A stretch of DNA of 64,000 nt from Piedraia hortae CBS 480.64. Taxonomy: Eukaryota. The notes below the pieces were generated by a model. It made no database searches. It was given only the letters and a program-made list of their open reading frames with translations, and was not told where the DNA came from. Numbering within the stretch: position 1 is the first letter of the stretch; every line of letters starts with the position of its first letter. Shown one piece after another: positions 1 through 11,564 of the stretch. The stretch is from the NCBI GenBank assembly GCA_010093745.1, contig MU006016.1, positions 1-64,000 on the forward strand, written 5' to 3'. Position numbers and translations under genes: made by a program.

Positions 1-162
1 ATCGGGGGCCCGCCGATGTTTGCTCATTATGCTAGGGTTTACGGGAAAAAACACCAAAGGGTTTACGCTCATTCGACCAACATACCCCCAGAACCCTCCA
101 GGACCCCTCCAGGGCACTTTGCCATGCTCTACAATGCTATAGAATCCATTTTCACCAACCAA

Positions 163-270
163 AGGGTTTACGCCCAAAACCCTTTGCTCATTGGGCTAGG
201 GTTTACGCCCAAAACCCTTTGCTTATTGGGCTAGGGTTTACGCCCAAAACTCTTTGGTTATTGGGCTAGG
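163..270. repeat. 35-bp tandem repeat, 3 copies (AGGGTTTACGCCCAAAACCCTTTGCTCATTGGGCT), with partial copies at ~19-73 and ~455-493
   Basis: Units start at 163, 198 and 233 with few substitutions. Each unit contains the inverted repeat AGGGTTT/AAACCCT. Confidence 0.9.
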
Positions 271-618
271 TGCATCGGGACCGTGTCATTACCCTGTTCA
301 AATTACATCTGGACAAGTCCATCAAAAGTCAATGGTCATACGGTCTTTGCCACTCACCAAAATCGACCTCCTAGAAAACCTTTCTAACCTACTCTACGCG
401 TCCCTAGAACATTGTGGGATGTCATTTCAGGCGTTTTGGTGAGGGTCGATGAGCATACGCCCTATGCCCATTGGTCATTGAGCTAGGATTTATAGTGGAT
501 ATGAAAAGGGAACGAGATCATCCACCCATACTCTGACTTCCGCAAAGTCATTAGCGTTTCTACATCTTTCCGGGCAGACATAACCGGTGGAAGCCTTGTC
601 ACGTCTCTGCCGTGCACC

Positions 619-1751
619 TCACAGAATCGCCTTGAGCTGTTCCTTTTGTTTAGCCGTCAGCGATGTGGGGAATTTGATGTTTACGCCCACGATAAAGTCG
701 CCCCGCTGATCAGTCTTCTTTATGGGCATTCCCAGCTGCGGGAATCTCTCGTGCCAGGTAGGCGGTGTCGGCCCCGAGTGGCTGACGGTCAGTTGCTTGC
801 CGTCTATTGTCTTAACAGTTTGACTCCAGCCTGTTAAGGCCTCCTTCAGGGTTATTGTGACGTTGGCTCGTAGATCGTTGTTTTCTCTGGTGAAGACGGG
901 ATCGTCCTTGTACTTGATAATGAACTGGAGGTCTTGGGTGCCGCCCTCGACCTGGTCGCCCATGTCCGGGTATCTGATCTTGCTGCCGGCCTTTATGCCT
1001 CTATTGATGGGCACGTTGAGAATCTTTTCTTCTACATTCTGCTTCTGTGTTCGCGGATCAAATGTTTTGCGCTGCACCTTGATCTTCTTGGTTGTGCCCT
1101 TGAAGATGTCCTGCAGCGACACGGGAAGGTCACGGTCTACGACTGTGGTCTCAATGTCTTCGTCTCGCCTTTTTGGAAAGGGCCGTGACCCTTTCATGCC
1201 GCGTCCACCGCCTAGGCCGCCACCCAAAAAGTTGAAGGCATCATCCGAGTCGTCACCAAGACCGCCACCCATGCCGCCCCCGCCACTCCGTAAAAATTCG
1301 GCAAAGATGTCATGGGCATTGGAGAAACCGTAGCCGCCGCCGCCGCCACCGCTGGAGCTGAAATGGAACGTCGGACCTCCCCCTCCCCTTCCTCCACCAA
1401 ACCCGCCAAAGCCTCCTGGCATGCCTCCAGCGCCGGCAAATGGGTTGCCACCCATGTCCTCTGCAGATGGCGGCGGACCAGCCTTGCCAGTGATGAAGTC
1501 GAAGCCATAAGTATCATATTTTTTCCTTTTTTCCGGATCTGAGAGAATCTCATACGCTTCGGAAACTTCCTTGAACTTTTCGGCGCCGGCCGGGTTCTTG
1601 TCGGGGTGATTCTTCAGCGCTTGCTTGCGGTACGCTTTTTTTATCTCGTCTGTGCTGGCGGAGGACGACACGCCAAGGCCTTGAAAGAATTAGTGACACC
1701 AAAGCAGTATCGGGCTTCCCTACGGTCGTATAATTTTGTGTCTGCTGGCAT
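619..1751 (-). CDS. SIS1: Type II Hsp40/DnaJ co-chaperone (Sis1-like)
   Basis: Exon 1 MPADTKLYD(R) from ATG 1751, 44-nt intron 1723-1680, then J-domain with HPD motif, G/F-rich linker and DnaJ C-terminal domain. No Zn-finger repeats. Confidence 0.92.
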
Positions 1752-1824
1752 GGTGAACGATGGCTCGCAAATGCGCGCGCTTCTAGAGGAGGGGTCAGGG
1801 CCTAAGCGCAGAATGACGCACCGT

Positions 1825-1844
1825 AGAAGGTTCGCGAAGGTTCC
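1825..1844. promoter_or_regulatory. Heat-shock element (four alternating nGAAn units) upstream of SIS1
   Basis: aGAAggTTCgcGAAggTTCc, ~75 bp upstream of the SIS1 ATG. STRE-like AGGGG at ~1790. Confidence 0.8.
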
Positions 1845-1958
1845 ATGCACTCATGTCACGTCACATGGCAGGCTGTGCCATACAGTGTCACCCCACAACT
1901 TGCCATGCCCCATCGAAATGCTTCAAAAACTAATGACAAATGTAATGTACATCTAACA

Positions 1959-4900
1959 TCAAGTCCTCTTGGCACTCTTCAATACGTGGGCCTTCTTGGC
2001 CTCTTGCAGTAAAAGTTCCAAATCCCCGCTCGTTTCGCACATGGCGCGAAACGTGCCCTCTTTCTTGCTTATCAAGTCGAACGGATCACCAAACTCGGCA
2101 ATCTCACCCTGGTCCAACACGAGCACCTTGTCGTAGTCAATAATGGTTTGTAATCGATGGGCAATTGTAACAGTTGTGTTTCGAATCTCTCGAATAGTCT
2201 CTTGGATCTTAAAGTCAGTTGCATAATCGATTGACGCCGTTGCCTCGTCCATGAGCAGCACTTTGGGGCTTTTAAGCAACGCTCGCGCAAGACATAGAAG
2301 CTGTCGTTGTCCCTGCGATAAGTTTGATCCAGACTCTGCAACTGGCGAACTGAGGTTCAGGAAGATATTCTTGTTATCTGATGTGATATCTTTAGCTGCA
2401 TTTGAAGCTGGAGCCGTTCCAGAGGCAGTCCTGTCAACTGGAGTCGTTGGTCGTGAGGGGTTTGCCGAAATAGTCAAAGATGGCGAACCAATTAGATGCA
2501 CTTTCTTGAGCGCGGCGAATATTTCCTCGTCTGAAAATAGTCCAAAGGGGTCGAGATTGCTTCTTATCGTGCCGGTGAAAAGAGTAGGATCCTGAGGCAC
2601 CATGACGATATTGCTTCGCAGGTCATTGAGCCCTATAAGGCCAATATCGATGTCATCAACCACAATCTTGCCTTCAACAGCCTCCAAGGCACGAAACATT
2701 GCCAAGGCAAGCGAGCTCTTGCCTGCACCGGTCCGACCAACCACTCCCACCTTCTCCCCGGCCTGAAACTTGACCGATATGTTCTTCAGTACAAATTCTA
2801 GGTTATCCCGGTACTTTGTAGAGTAGCCAACAAACTCCACTTCACCTCTGCTTGGCCACTCGGCTGGGGGTCTGTAATCTTCGATAAATGGCGGAGCCTC
2901 TTGCTCAACGTCAAGATACTCTTTGATTCTCTCTACAGAGTTCATGTTCTGCTCGTTTGTCGCATACAGGCGCACAAACCACAGCACGTTTTCGGTGAAA
3001 GTGACGGCATATGTCATGGCTAGGCCGGCGGCTCCAGCATCCACCGCCCCAGTCCTGGCAATTATAAACACTCCGGTAAAGAAAGAGACCAAGGCACCAA
3101 CAATGTCGACACGAAAAGCTAGCCAGCGATTTGTGCCCCATAAATAGATGAATGGTCGTGAATGCGTGTTGATCTGTTCCAGGTTCTTCCGTATGAAGCG
3201 CTGCTCATCACCGTAAGCACGAATGGTTGTCATTCCAGTCAATGTCTCGCCAAATTGTTGGTAAAGCGGACTTCTTTGCACCGACTCCAATCGCTTTAGA
3301 TCTCTCGATGAATTGATGTAGAGCCGTCCGATGACAAAATACAAGATGGTAATGAACACGGCTGCAATCAAGAAGCCTGGAGTGATGATGGAAATAAGGA
3401 CAATGATGGTGATAATTGAAGCAAGGCAGTGCACGACGCCGGTAGCGACCGGAGCCACCTCTTGATCGAGCGCCTCAATGTCCTTGGAAAACCGGTTCAT
3501 GATCTGCCCGAGAGGTGTAGAATCGAAGAAACGGAATTTTGCGTGCGTAATCCGCTCCATGAGTCTACGGTGGATCCGCGTAGAGGCCGACAGCGAGCCG
3601 TAAAAAAGGATTCCCTCGTGCAAGAAGGTGATGATCATAGATGCCGCTCCAATTGCGGCGTAGACACCAAGGTAGTAGCCAACGTTGACCTGGTGGCTGT
3701 ACATTGTAGCGCGAATAAGGCCATTCTTGGGCATATTCAACATGCAGGACCGACCGCGCAAGCATGCAAGTGAGCTGCTATCCATGACGTTCATGCTTGC
3801 CGTGGAATCGAGACTGGTATATGCATTGGCCCATTCTCTGATCCAGACATTGGTTGCAACCTGCAGTACCTGCTGAGCAGCAAAGCAACTTGCTGCCGTA
3901 GCCCAAAAGACTGGTCCGCCCATGCGTTTGAGATACATCCAGATGATGTGCAGGCCTACCGCGCCTTCGGCCTTCTTCTCATCATTCGCAAACACGTCTG
4001 CTGCCACGTTCAATCCTACCATATCCATGGACATGACGCTTGTCAGAGGATCGCCAATGGTAGCGCCAATGGCATTGCTGCTTGGAACATGCGAGTGGGA
4101 TGCTTCTTCCACGCAATCAAGTGCGTTAACGCCAATCATTGAGGGCACGCGGGAGGGAATGGTTGAAGGGGCTTTGGAGCTTGGGTCGCCGATATCAAAC
4201 TTGCTGCTGTCTTCTGCAAGCACCCCAGAGTCAATCACTTCGGTCGGTATGCCCTGGGCCGTCACCCGACCATTGTCAAGCACAACAGCATACTCAGAGT
4301 ATGGCAGACACAGAGTAACGTTGTGGGTGACGAGAATGCAGGTCCGGTTGCGCATCAATGGGCCCCGAAGCGCGTGGTCGAATATCCACTTCGCCGTGTG
4401 GGAATCAACTGCACTCAGGACATCATCGAGGAGCATATGTCTAGCATTGGAGTATAGCGCGCGAGCCAGGCTGATGCGCTGCTTCTGTCCTCCAGAAAGT
4501 GTGACTCCTCTCTCGCCAACCTGCGTGGAATCTCCAGCCTCGAGAACCTCAAGATCACGCTGAAGCGAGCATGCCACAATGACCTGCTTGTACCGCCTAG
4601 TGTCCCAGTCGCTTTCGAAGACAATATTGTCCTTGATGGTGCCGTTTACCAGCCAGGGTTGCTGAGCACAGTATGCCACACTCTCAGTAAACCCGGTGTT
4701 GGGGTCGGCCTTGAGGCTCCTTCGATCTTTCCCGCACGGTAGATGCACGGATCCAGAGAGGAGTGACATCTCTCCAAGGAGGGCCATTAGTAACGAAGTC
4801 TTACCGCTCCCAGTAGGTCCGACTACAACATTCATTCCGTTATTCTTGAAGCGCAAGTCCAGATTCATCATTCTGAAGCTCTCGGCATCTTGGCTGTTCC

Positions 4901-6920
4901 ATGTAAATGTAGCACGAGTAAAACCAATGACAACTTCACCATTCTCGTCTCGCTCTTCTTTTGCCAGCTGCTTGTACTTATCCGTCTCCGGATCATTGAG
5001 ATATTCCTCGACACGATTCACAGAAACCTTGGATTCCTGCACGTGAGCAACCATATCAGCCAGCTGATCCAAAGGAATACGCAGCAAATTGAATAGTGAA
5101 AGTGCGGTGAACGCGATCGAGGGCACAAGCGGCTTCTTTTCCACAAGCGTGTACACAGCAAATGTCAGCAGGGTAATGACTATGGGTGCTCCAGACCATG
5201 TTGTTGCTGCGATGGCCCAGGTGAGGTACCGGTTGCGGAGCGCACGCAGTTCAGCGGCTCGCTTTTCGTCCACTTTGCCGAGAAATCGTTGCTCCCAGGC
5301 AAAGTACTTTATGATTCTGATATTCGTCAGGACCTCGTTTGTGGCATGGATGCGAGCGTCGGTGGCGGCAAGAATCTGCACTTGAATGGCTGAAAAACGT
5401 CGGGATATAACCAAGTTTACTGGCAAAAGGAGAATCATCATCCCAATACCGACAATGCTGCTGGTGCCAAGAACTCTATAGAGCAGGGCAATCGACATGA
5501 TGAACTGAACAGGCGCTTCGGCCCAGAGAAAATGAAGATACGCGCTTACTTCGGCCACTTCGAAAGAGTCCACCGCCATTAGATTGATAATGGCACCAGA
5601 GCTTACCTGGGACTCGTCCTCGGTTGGTTTGCTGGCTTCGGGGTTATCGTTTTTACTTCCACAAAGAGATGCGAAGAATCGGGAAAACGCGTTCCCCTTC
5701 GATTGCTCTTTTTTAGCCTCGTCGCCTAGTACCTTCTCGGTATTAGTGGCGGCTACGCGCCTTCGCAAGGCTTTAGCATAAATTTCGCCAATGATAATGG
5801 CAGTGAGCCTAATGCAAATCTTCCTGCCTCTCCACAGAGCCTGGCCACTGGCCACTGCGCTAACAGCACCCGTTATGAATAGCAAAACGACATAGAACCA
5901 GGCAGCATTGCGCGGCGTAGAAGATGGGTCTTCAATGTACTGCAGAATTGCTTGCAAAAGCAGTGTCGGCATAAACGTGGTGACGCCCGCGACCGCAGCC
6001 CAGGCTCCTTGGAACAAGAGGCCACTCTTGAAATACCACAGAAGGTGAAAAGCCAAAGAGCTGGTTCTTTTCAGCTGCCGGTAATCCGCAAGTATGGCAG
6101 CGGCTTTGTCTCGGGCATCCAGATTCCACACATCCTTCATCTCGCTGGTCTTACGGTAGCCCTTCCAGATGAGCGAGTCCATCCATGAAAAGGTTGCCAG
6201 AGACAAGATACTGGCACGAGGCTCGCGCGGAGGCTCAATGCTGCCCTCGTGCTCCACAGCAATAACCCTGTTGCCTTTGCGGCATGTCAAGGCGATGAGC
6301 AGCAACAAAGTGTTCAGGACAAACGTTCCAATTTCGATGCGTGAAGCCAGTTTGTTCCGCTGGTGTATCAGCTGAGAACGGAAGACGAGCACGGTGCACG
6401 GCCATAGGAGACCATAGAGGAAGGTGGTGTGATACCAGAGGTTAGGAAGACGAGGCTTGGATATGAGCCGAAATATTGTGAGTAGGGCAATGTAGGCCCA
6501 CACAGCGATACTCGTCCCTATCGCTATGGTGCTTTTCCGGCCCCATACGTTCCATATCAAGGCAAACGTTTGTATGCTGAGCACGGCGAGCGCACACGCG
6601 ACCTCCAGCAGTGCAATCGTGAGTCCAGCTCGCGGTTTACTCCATTCGACCGTTACTGAATCCTCTTCTGTTAGCGGTCCCCAATTCTTCCCGTGCTCTC
6701 TGGCGTCTTCAATAACCGCATTATCCTCCTCCTCGTCTAGCGACTTGTAGCCCCGTTTCCAGCCCCGTGATAATTGCCACCTGTTCCCGATTTCCCATCC
6801 CAGCCACACCAACGACACAGCTGTTCCGCCCAAGGGTATTAAGGTCTGCAGATAGTCGTGTTGAAAACAATGTGAAAAGTCATCGGCGTGCCAGATTCCG
6901 TCTTTGCACCGCCCAAGCAT
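1959..6920 (-). CDS. ABCC/MRP-family full-size ABC transporter, Ybt1/Bat1-like (bile acid transporter type)
   Basis: Intronless 1653-aa ORF with two TMDs and two NBDs (GPTGSGKT, LSGGQKQR, GRTGAGKS, LSQGQRQL) plus an N-terminal membrane extension. Confidence 0.9.
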   Translation of the reverse strand: MLGRCKDGIWHADDFSHCFQHDYLQTLIPLGGTAVSLVWLGWEIGNRWQLSRGWKRGYKSLDEEEDNAVIEDAREHGKNWGPLTEEDSVTVEWSKPRAGLTIALLEVACALAVLSIQTFALIWNVWGRKSTIAIGTSIAVWAYIALLTIFRLISKPRLPNLWYHTTFLYGLLWPCTVLVFRSQLIHQRNKLASRIEIGTFVLNTLLLLIALTCRKGNRVIAVEHEGSIEPPREPRASILSLATFSWMDSLIWKGYRKTSEMKDVWNLDARDKAAAILADYRQLKRTSSLAFHLLWYFKSGLLFQGAWAAVAGVTTFMPTLLLQAILQYIEDPSSTPRNAAWFYVVLLFITGAVSAVASGQALWRGRKICIRLTAIIIGEIYAKALRRRVAATNTEKVLGDEAKKEQSKGNAFSRFFASLCGSKNDNPEASKPTEDESQVSSGAIINLMAVDSFEVAEVSAYLHFLWAEAPVQFIMSIALLYRVLGTSSIVGIGMMILLLPVNLVISRRFSAIQVQILAATDARIHATNEVLTNIRIIKYFAWEQRFLGKVDEKRAAELRALRNRYLTWAIAATTWSGAPIVITLLTFAVYTLVEKKPLVPSIAFTALSLFNLLRIPLDQLADMVAHVQESKVSVNRVEEYLNDPETDKYKQLAKEERDENGEVVIGFTRATFTWNSQDAESFRMMNLDLRFKNNGMNVVVGPTGSGKTSLLMALLGEMSLLSGSVHLPCGKDRRSLKADPNTGFTESVAYCAQQPWLVNGTIKDNIVFESDWDTRRYKQVIVACSLQRDLEVLEAGDSTQVGERGVTLSGGQKQRISLARALYSNARHMLLDDVLSAVDSHTAKWIFDHALRGPLMRNRTCILVTHNVTLCLPYSEYAVVLDNGRVTAQGIPTEVIDSGVLAEDSSKFDIGDPSSKAPSTIPSRVPSMIGVNALDCVEEASHSHVPSSNAIGATIGDPLTSVMSMDMVGLNVAADVFANDEKKAEGAVGLHIIWMYLKRMGGPVFWATAASCFAAQQVLQVATNVWIREWANAYTSLDSTASMNVMDSSSLACLRGRSCMLNMPKNGLIRATMYSHQVNVGYYLGVYAAIGAASMIITFLHEGILFYGSLSASTRIHRRLMERITHAKFRFFDSTPLGQIMNRFSKDIEALDQEVAPVATGVVHCLASIITIIVLISIITPGFLIAAVFITILYFVIGRLYINSSRDLKRLESVQRSPLYQQFGETLTGMTTIRAYGDEQRFIRKNLEQINTHSRPFIYLWGTNRWLAFRVDIVGALVSFFTGVFIIARTGAVDAGAAGLAMTYAVTFTENVLWFVRLYATNEQNMNSVERIKEYLDVEQEAPPFIEDYRPPAEWPSRGEVEFVGYSTKYRDNLEFVLKNISVKFQAGEKVGVVGRTGAGKSSLALAMFRALEAVEGKIVVDDIDIGLIGLNDLRSNIVMVPQDPTLFTGTIRSNLDPFGLFSDEEIFAALKKVHLIGSPSLTISANPSRPTTPVDRTASGTAPASNAAKDITSDNKNIFLNLSSPVAESGSNLSQGQRQLLCLARALLKSPKVLLMDEATASIDYATDFKIQETIREIRNTTVTIAHRLQTIIDYDKVLVLDQGEIAEFGDPFDLISKKEGTFRAMCETSGDLELLLQEAKKAHVLKSAKRT

Positions 6921-8056
6921 GATGCTTCAACCGCCCCACGTTCGCCGCCAATGACCAAACCACCCAAACAGTGCGCACAGATGTGAAGGTCTTGAAAGAT
7001 GGCCGTTTTGCCGCTGCGTGGTGACGTCGTTCAGAGTTTGCGCTTACCCGATTTCGATGTTTGACACAACGCGGCAATCCCGCTTACCCGGTTTGGACAT
7101 GGCATGTGACAATGGTTTGAACGAGGTTATCAAATTGCGACTGTTGATTTACATACAACGCTACTTGATGAGCTCATCTTCATCTCGCAGCGGCCACCGG
7201 TTGCCAGGCACTGTTCTTGGACTTTGTTCTAGCTTAGGTCAGTGCCAAGCATCACCGCAATAGCAACCACAACTTACGTGCTGTATGGCCGGTATGCGCT
7301 CCTTGATAAGGTCATGGAAGGTAGGTGCTCCTTGGGCTCCCATGCGCGAACTTCTCGCTGGAGCAGTTTGTCTTCGGTCGGCGGCTTGTCTACCATATAG
7401 GACATCCAAGCATGCCTAGAAAACGTTAGATATTGATACGGATTCAAATAGACCCTTACCAGCCGGGTTCAATCTGGGATCTTTCCAGCAGTCAGCATTG
7501 TCATGGTACACGGCCAATGTTCTTACGGGTCGAATTCTTTGTCTTTGTAGTCAACCCATCGAGTCCGGACTGTTCCCATGATGAGCATTTGTATCCAGCG
7601 ACGGAGCCCCGGGCTATCTTACGTGGAAGCTCGTCTATGTTTTCGTAGTATTTATTGCCAAACTTGTCTGTGCCAACGATTGTGCCGAATTTAGTGTCGC
7701 CTAGACGTCTTCAGTCGCAACTCTTGATCATATGTGCCAACGCTTGCTCTACCAATGTACTAAACCAAAAGTATCGTTGTCAGTTGCGTGCTTGAAGTCG
7801 GAAGCCAAGTGCTTTGGTACCTGTAGATTGTGTCCATATTGCTTTGTGTTGTTAGCTAGAGTTCGATTCGATAGCCCAAACACAGCATACCTTTATACCG
7901 CCTTTCCACAAGTTGCGCAATGTGCGCGTAATTGTCGACATGGTTGCGGTGCTCGGCCCTTGTCAGAGTGTCGCGAGGTGAGGTCGCTTCAGCGCTAGCA
8001 GTCTGCCCTAAATAGACCGTTCGTTACGTAAGACACCCTATCCAAGCAGACACCTG

Positions 8057-9679
8057 ATGCGGCCAGCCAACTATGCAATGATCGCAAGACTCACTGTACC
8101 ACGTCTTCGGGTCCGTCATGTCCAAAAATTGCGTACGCAAGTATATCGCAAAAAGTTCTCCACCTCACATTGTGCATCAGTGGGGTGTACCAATGCTCAA
8201 GCATCAAGTGCATCTCCATTGGCCGGTTTGATCAGCGAACTGGATAAACTAGCCCCGAAATTCATCATTTCTGGAGATGATATCGATATATTGGATACAC
8301 CGTCGAGTTTTTACGAGACGCTGAAGTCTAGAATACGAGATGCCAAGCGAAGAATCTTCTTATCTACGTTATACATTGGAAAAGACGAAGTTGAGCTAGT
8401 ACGTCGGCCTTGAAAACGAACCCTTGTCTCTAAAAAGTCCTAGGTGGATTGCATCCGAACCGCTTTGCGAGCGAATTCGGAGCTTCAAGTTTCTTTCCTC
8501 ACAGATGCACTTAGAGGCACAAGAGAGGCACCAGATCCATCTTCTGCAAGCCTACTGGTGCCACTGGTTGAAGAATTCGGCAGCCAACGTGTAGAGGTCA
8601 GGATGTATCACACTGCAAACCTTACAGGCTTTCGAAAGAGGATCATCCCAAAACGGGTAAACGAGGGATGGGGTCTTCAACACATGAAGCTTTATGGCAT
8701 GGACGACGAGATCATCATGTCTGGTGCAAACCTGTCCAAAGACTACTTTACTAACCGTCAAGACCGATACCATGTCATCAAGTCGCCTGAGCTCACAGAC
8801 TACTTTGCACGAGTTCATCGTACGGTTTGCGATCTGAGCTATAACGTGATTCCTAGAAAAGGTGGCTATGAATTGGAATGGCCAACTCCAAACTTTCAAC
8901 CTGCTCCACTTGCCAGTGCTGAGCAGTATGTTGCTGCTGCAACTAAAGCTCTCACGCCACTCACTCTACCATTCTCTAAGTCCTGTGAATCAAAAGGAGA
9001 CACAAGCATCTATCCTCTTCTGCAACTGACACCATTGCTGAAACCGGATAGCTCAACAGAACTTCCAGCACTGTCGTGCATTTTGCGAATTTTGGCAACT
9101 CCCAGTTTTTCTGGATCCAAATGGACTTTTACTGCCGGCTATTTCAATATGACACCTGAAGTACGAAACCTGCTCCTTGCTTCCAATCCTGCATCTGCTA
9201 GTGTCGTGGCTGCCTCGCCATGGGCCAACGGCTTCTATGGCAGTAAAGGTGTTAGTGGAATGCTACCAGCCGCGTATACTTTGCTCTCACGACGATTCCT
9301 TGACGCTGTTGCCAAAGCTGGGCTGTCTAAACAGATAACTGTCAAAGAATGGCGAAGGGGCACGGTGAATACCCCTGGAGGGTGGACTTATCATGCGAAG
9401 GGAGTTTGGGTTACCTTGCCCGGCCAAGATCAACCCAGCATCAGTCTAGTGGGAAGCTCTAACTATACGAAAAGGAGCTACTCGTTGGATCTTGAAGCCA
9501 ATACACTCATTGTAACTAGCAACGAAAACTTGCGACGTAAGCTAGGCCAGGAAGTGCAGTGGCTGCAGAAGTATGCTACTCCAATGGCCAGCGATGACTA
9601 CGCGAAAACAGAACGGAGAGTGGGACTGCATGTGCGTGTAGCTATGTGGCTTGTATCCCTACTAGGGGGTGCCTTATAA
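8057..9679 (+). CDS. PGS1: CDP-diacylglycerol--glycerol-3-phosphate 3-phosphatidyltransferase (mitochondrial, PLD superfamily)
   Basis: Arg-rich presequence, RIFLSTLYIG, 45-nt intron 8399-8443, HKD-like motifs LQHMKLYGMDD and YHAKG...VGSSN. Start could be 8057 or 8078. Confidence 0.9.
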
Positions 9680-9995
9680 CCGCTACCACTGCATCTATAT
9701 CAGGAGACAATGCCATGGGGAAGTGGATGGCTTGTAATTAATATACAAGGTCAAAACTAAATGTCTTTGCGACTGTATTTGTACGGGGTAAGATATTGTT
9801 CCAACCGCAGTTGTACGGCGTGAGGTCAATGACATGACTTGCATCCCAAGCACCATGTAAAAGTCTGCCACAACGGAACCATGTAAGCGGTAATCATGAC
9901 ACCTGTCAACAGCTCTTGGCCCAAACCCACTCCAACTCATAAACCCAACGCACCTCTGACCACTGACAAGACCCACTACCAAAACAAACCCCAAG

Positions 9996-10547
9996 ATGTC
10001 CGAGCTAAATCTCCCCAACAACGAGCATCTGCATGCCGGGTTACTGGACGTGAACGTACCAAACGACCCTTCACACACCAACACTTCAAACCACACCCCA
10101 TCCTCTCTCCCCTCGAACACCTCCCCAGAAGATCCATCCACCGAAGAACCCGCCCTTGACGTCATAACCACAACCAAAACAATCGAACCCCCTGATCCCC
10201 TACAACAGGACATCTACCTCGAACACACAATTTCGCGAATTGATTGGCAGCCAGATGTTCAGCCGGTAAATTCTATCCCTGCTGGAAAAACCACAAATCC
10301 ATCTAGTGGAGAAAAAGGTAAATTCTTCATCGCACAGTGTCAGAATCAGCCGAATGACATGATAGTATACAAAGCTGTATGCAGCGCGAAAGAAGAGCGG
10401 AAGCAGAAGAACGGTTCAAAGGAGGAGCGCAAACAGAAGAACAAAGATTGTTCCCAGTCTTCGAATATTTTTACACGCATCGCAAGACGGTGTTTTGGGA
10501 GGCAGGAGCACGAGAAGGCAGATGTAGGCGGTGCTGCGAATGGTTAG
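9996..10547 (+). CDS. Hypothetical low-complexity protein (183 aa, P/S/T-rich N-terminus, basic C-terminus)
   Basis: ATG-initiated ORF filling an otherwise empty gap, with an internal KEERKQKN duplication showing synonymous differences. No recognisable domain. Confidence 0.45.
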   Translation: MSELNLPNNEHLHAGLLDVNVPNDPSHTNTSNHTPSSLPSNTSPEDPSTEEPALDVITTTKTIEPPDPLQQDIYLEHTISRIDWQPDVQPVNSIPAGKTTNPSSGEKGKFFIAQCQNQPNDMIVYKAVCSAKEERKQKNGSKEERKQKNKDCSQSSNIFTRIARRCFGRQEHEKADVGGAANG

Positions 10548-11564
10548 TGGTTCGTACTAAGTTAAGTGTAGGTTTGAGGGAGTTGTGATGATTGTTTTGA
10601 TTGGCTTGTGCGTTATTGGCGGACGCGGCGCTGGACCCTACGCAAATCACATGCAAGGTTTTTTGCTTTGTTGTTGCAGTGGGGATGAAACGTTTGGGAT
10701 AGGTGAGGAGTTGACGTTCCAAAGGTCCCTAGCTGTTTGTACCTTATCTGAGCCTATTCTCGAGAAGATATGGAATCAGACACGTGATACCTATTGGAGT
10801 AGAATATTCTCCGTTCTTTCCCTCGTGTCATCGTTAGTATGGAAATCTAACAGAGTTCTTATGCTGAGTGGTTGATTGCTGTTGTGTAGGTGATGCACTC
10901 TCATTCCAGTTAATATTACACACAAAGTCTTCATTGCCCAGTGGCTCCCCTTGTTCATCACTCGTGAGCCCCCGGTGAAACATTTCCTTTCTCTTATTTT
11001 GCCCTTATCCAAGCATATCACTGGTTGAGATGCAGACGGCCCAATCCAACTTATCTGGATGGGCGAGGAGTGTTATGCACATACTCAGAAGAACGATTTC
11101 TCTAGTGACTGGTATGGTACCCTATCTGGTTCTTCTCTTCCCGTATCTACTGTCGAGCGCGCGTTCACTCGTTAATACACATCTATCGGTTGATCCCTCA
11201 TACAATTGACGCGAGGCGGAGAGATTCTACCCAGTTGATTGGTCTCAGCATCGACTAGAACCGTAACGCGGTCTGAGTGCCATTTATCATTTGAACAGGA
11301 TATGACTGCGAACCCCTGCTATTATAGACGCTGTCGTCAGAATGCAGTAAACAGAGTGGCATCATATCTTAGTTTCTGCTTGTCGTGCGGCTGTGGTGTT
11401 CAATTCCAGTCAGGGATGTGTAACCACGTACCTTTATAAGAATGCCTCCTTGTGAGTAGACTTGAAGTGTCGTTGGACTCTATTGGAATAGACATTGGGA
11501 AACCATCAAACAAAGTATTAATTCACTCAGGCTTTAGGCCTGTCCATGCAGAAAACGAACATAA

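Noticed and set aside
163..270. CRISPR-like or telomeric array
   Set aside because: Units are head-to-tail with no unique spacers, the context is eukaryotic, and TAGGGTTT occurs once per 35-bp unit rather than as a telomeric tract.
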